DNA from: Candidatus Kaiserbacteria bacterium
Lineage (GTDB): Bacteria > Patescibacteriota > Minisyncoccia > Phycocordibacterales > UBA12088
Assembly: GCA_003561715.1 (NCBI GenBank)
Contig: PWVU01000025.1
Location: 1 to 34,229 of the forward strand
Direction: 5' to 3'
DNA: 34,229 bases
Shown here: positions 34,212-34,229 of the stretch, one piece after another
Layout: every line of letters starts with the position of its first letter
Position numbering within the stretch: position 1 is the first letter of the stretch
Program-made: the position numbers and the translations under genes
The notes under the pieces: model-generated
The model's input: the letters and a program-made list of their open reading frames with translations, nothing else
Database searches by the model: none
What the model was told of the DNA's origin: nothing

Positions 34212-34229
34212 AAGACACCATACGCATGA

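Noticed and set aside
34111-34229. An open minus-strand frame entering from the right edge (…ISYIFADIPVRYGKTGYGDISTLQRYDSIMLG, ending at TGA 34111-34113) might be the C-terminus of the gene upstream of rpsP.
   Set aside because: Only about 39 codons are visible and they carry no recognisable motif (not Ffh-like). Two other frames are also partly open, so there is too little sequence to call.
1-34229. Search for CRISPR arrays, rRNA genes, retron/DGR reverse transcriptases, toxin-antitoxin pairs and known defence-system genes.
   Set aside because: I saw no regularly spaced direct repeats with unique spacers, no rRNA-like conserved segments and no reverse-transcriptase or Cas-like ORFs. The only tandem repeats are coding (FN3 modules, 15-bp repeats) or the short TTAGG array.

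Overview
This 34.2-kb window is dominated by minus-strand housekeeping genes. The information-processing proteins are compact (RpoB 1056 aa, RpoC 1237 aa). Together with the gene content, this suggests a small-genome CPR/Patescibacteria-like bacterium, but that is inference only. The genetic code looks standard: TGA terminates at least six well-formed genes. Main blocks: (i) 1-2.6 kb holds an edge-truncated beta-helix protein absent from the ORF track, a SET-domain methyltransferase and an aldo/keto reductase with a degenerate active site. (ii) Next come truB, hisS, a DEDD exonuclease and a YihY membrane protein. (iii) Then an 867-aa surface protein with 4 tandem FN3 repeats, uppP, a DsbA-like oxidoreductase, a UvrD-type helicase fused to a PD-(D/E)XK nuclease, and a CPA2 antiporter. 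(iv) A 0.58-kb ORF-free gap ends in a textbook intrinsic terminator directly in front of a GNAT acetyltransferase that carries one in-frame TGA at a conserved Trp position. (v) rpoB-rpoC-dnaG-rpoD form an uninterrupted string. (vi) The rpsP-khpA-trmD locus is remodelled. The usual rimM and rplS positions are taken by a NADAR-Nudix-Nudix module (one Nudix broken at a G9 tract) and a low-GC JAB/MPN-like orphan. An IS30-family element plus a secreted repeat protein separate rpsP from khpA. I found no rRNA, no complete tRNA and no CRISPR array. The best candidate for an undescribed system is the NADAR-Nudix-Nudix-TrmD-JAB operon. All calls rest on reading motifs by eye; no searches were run.
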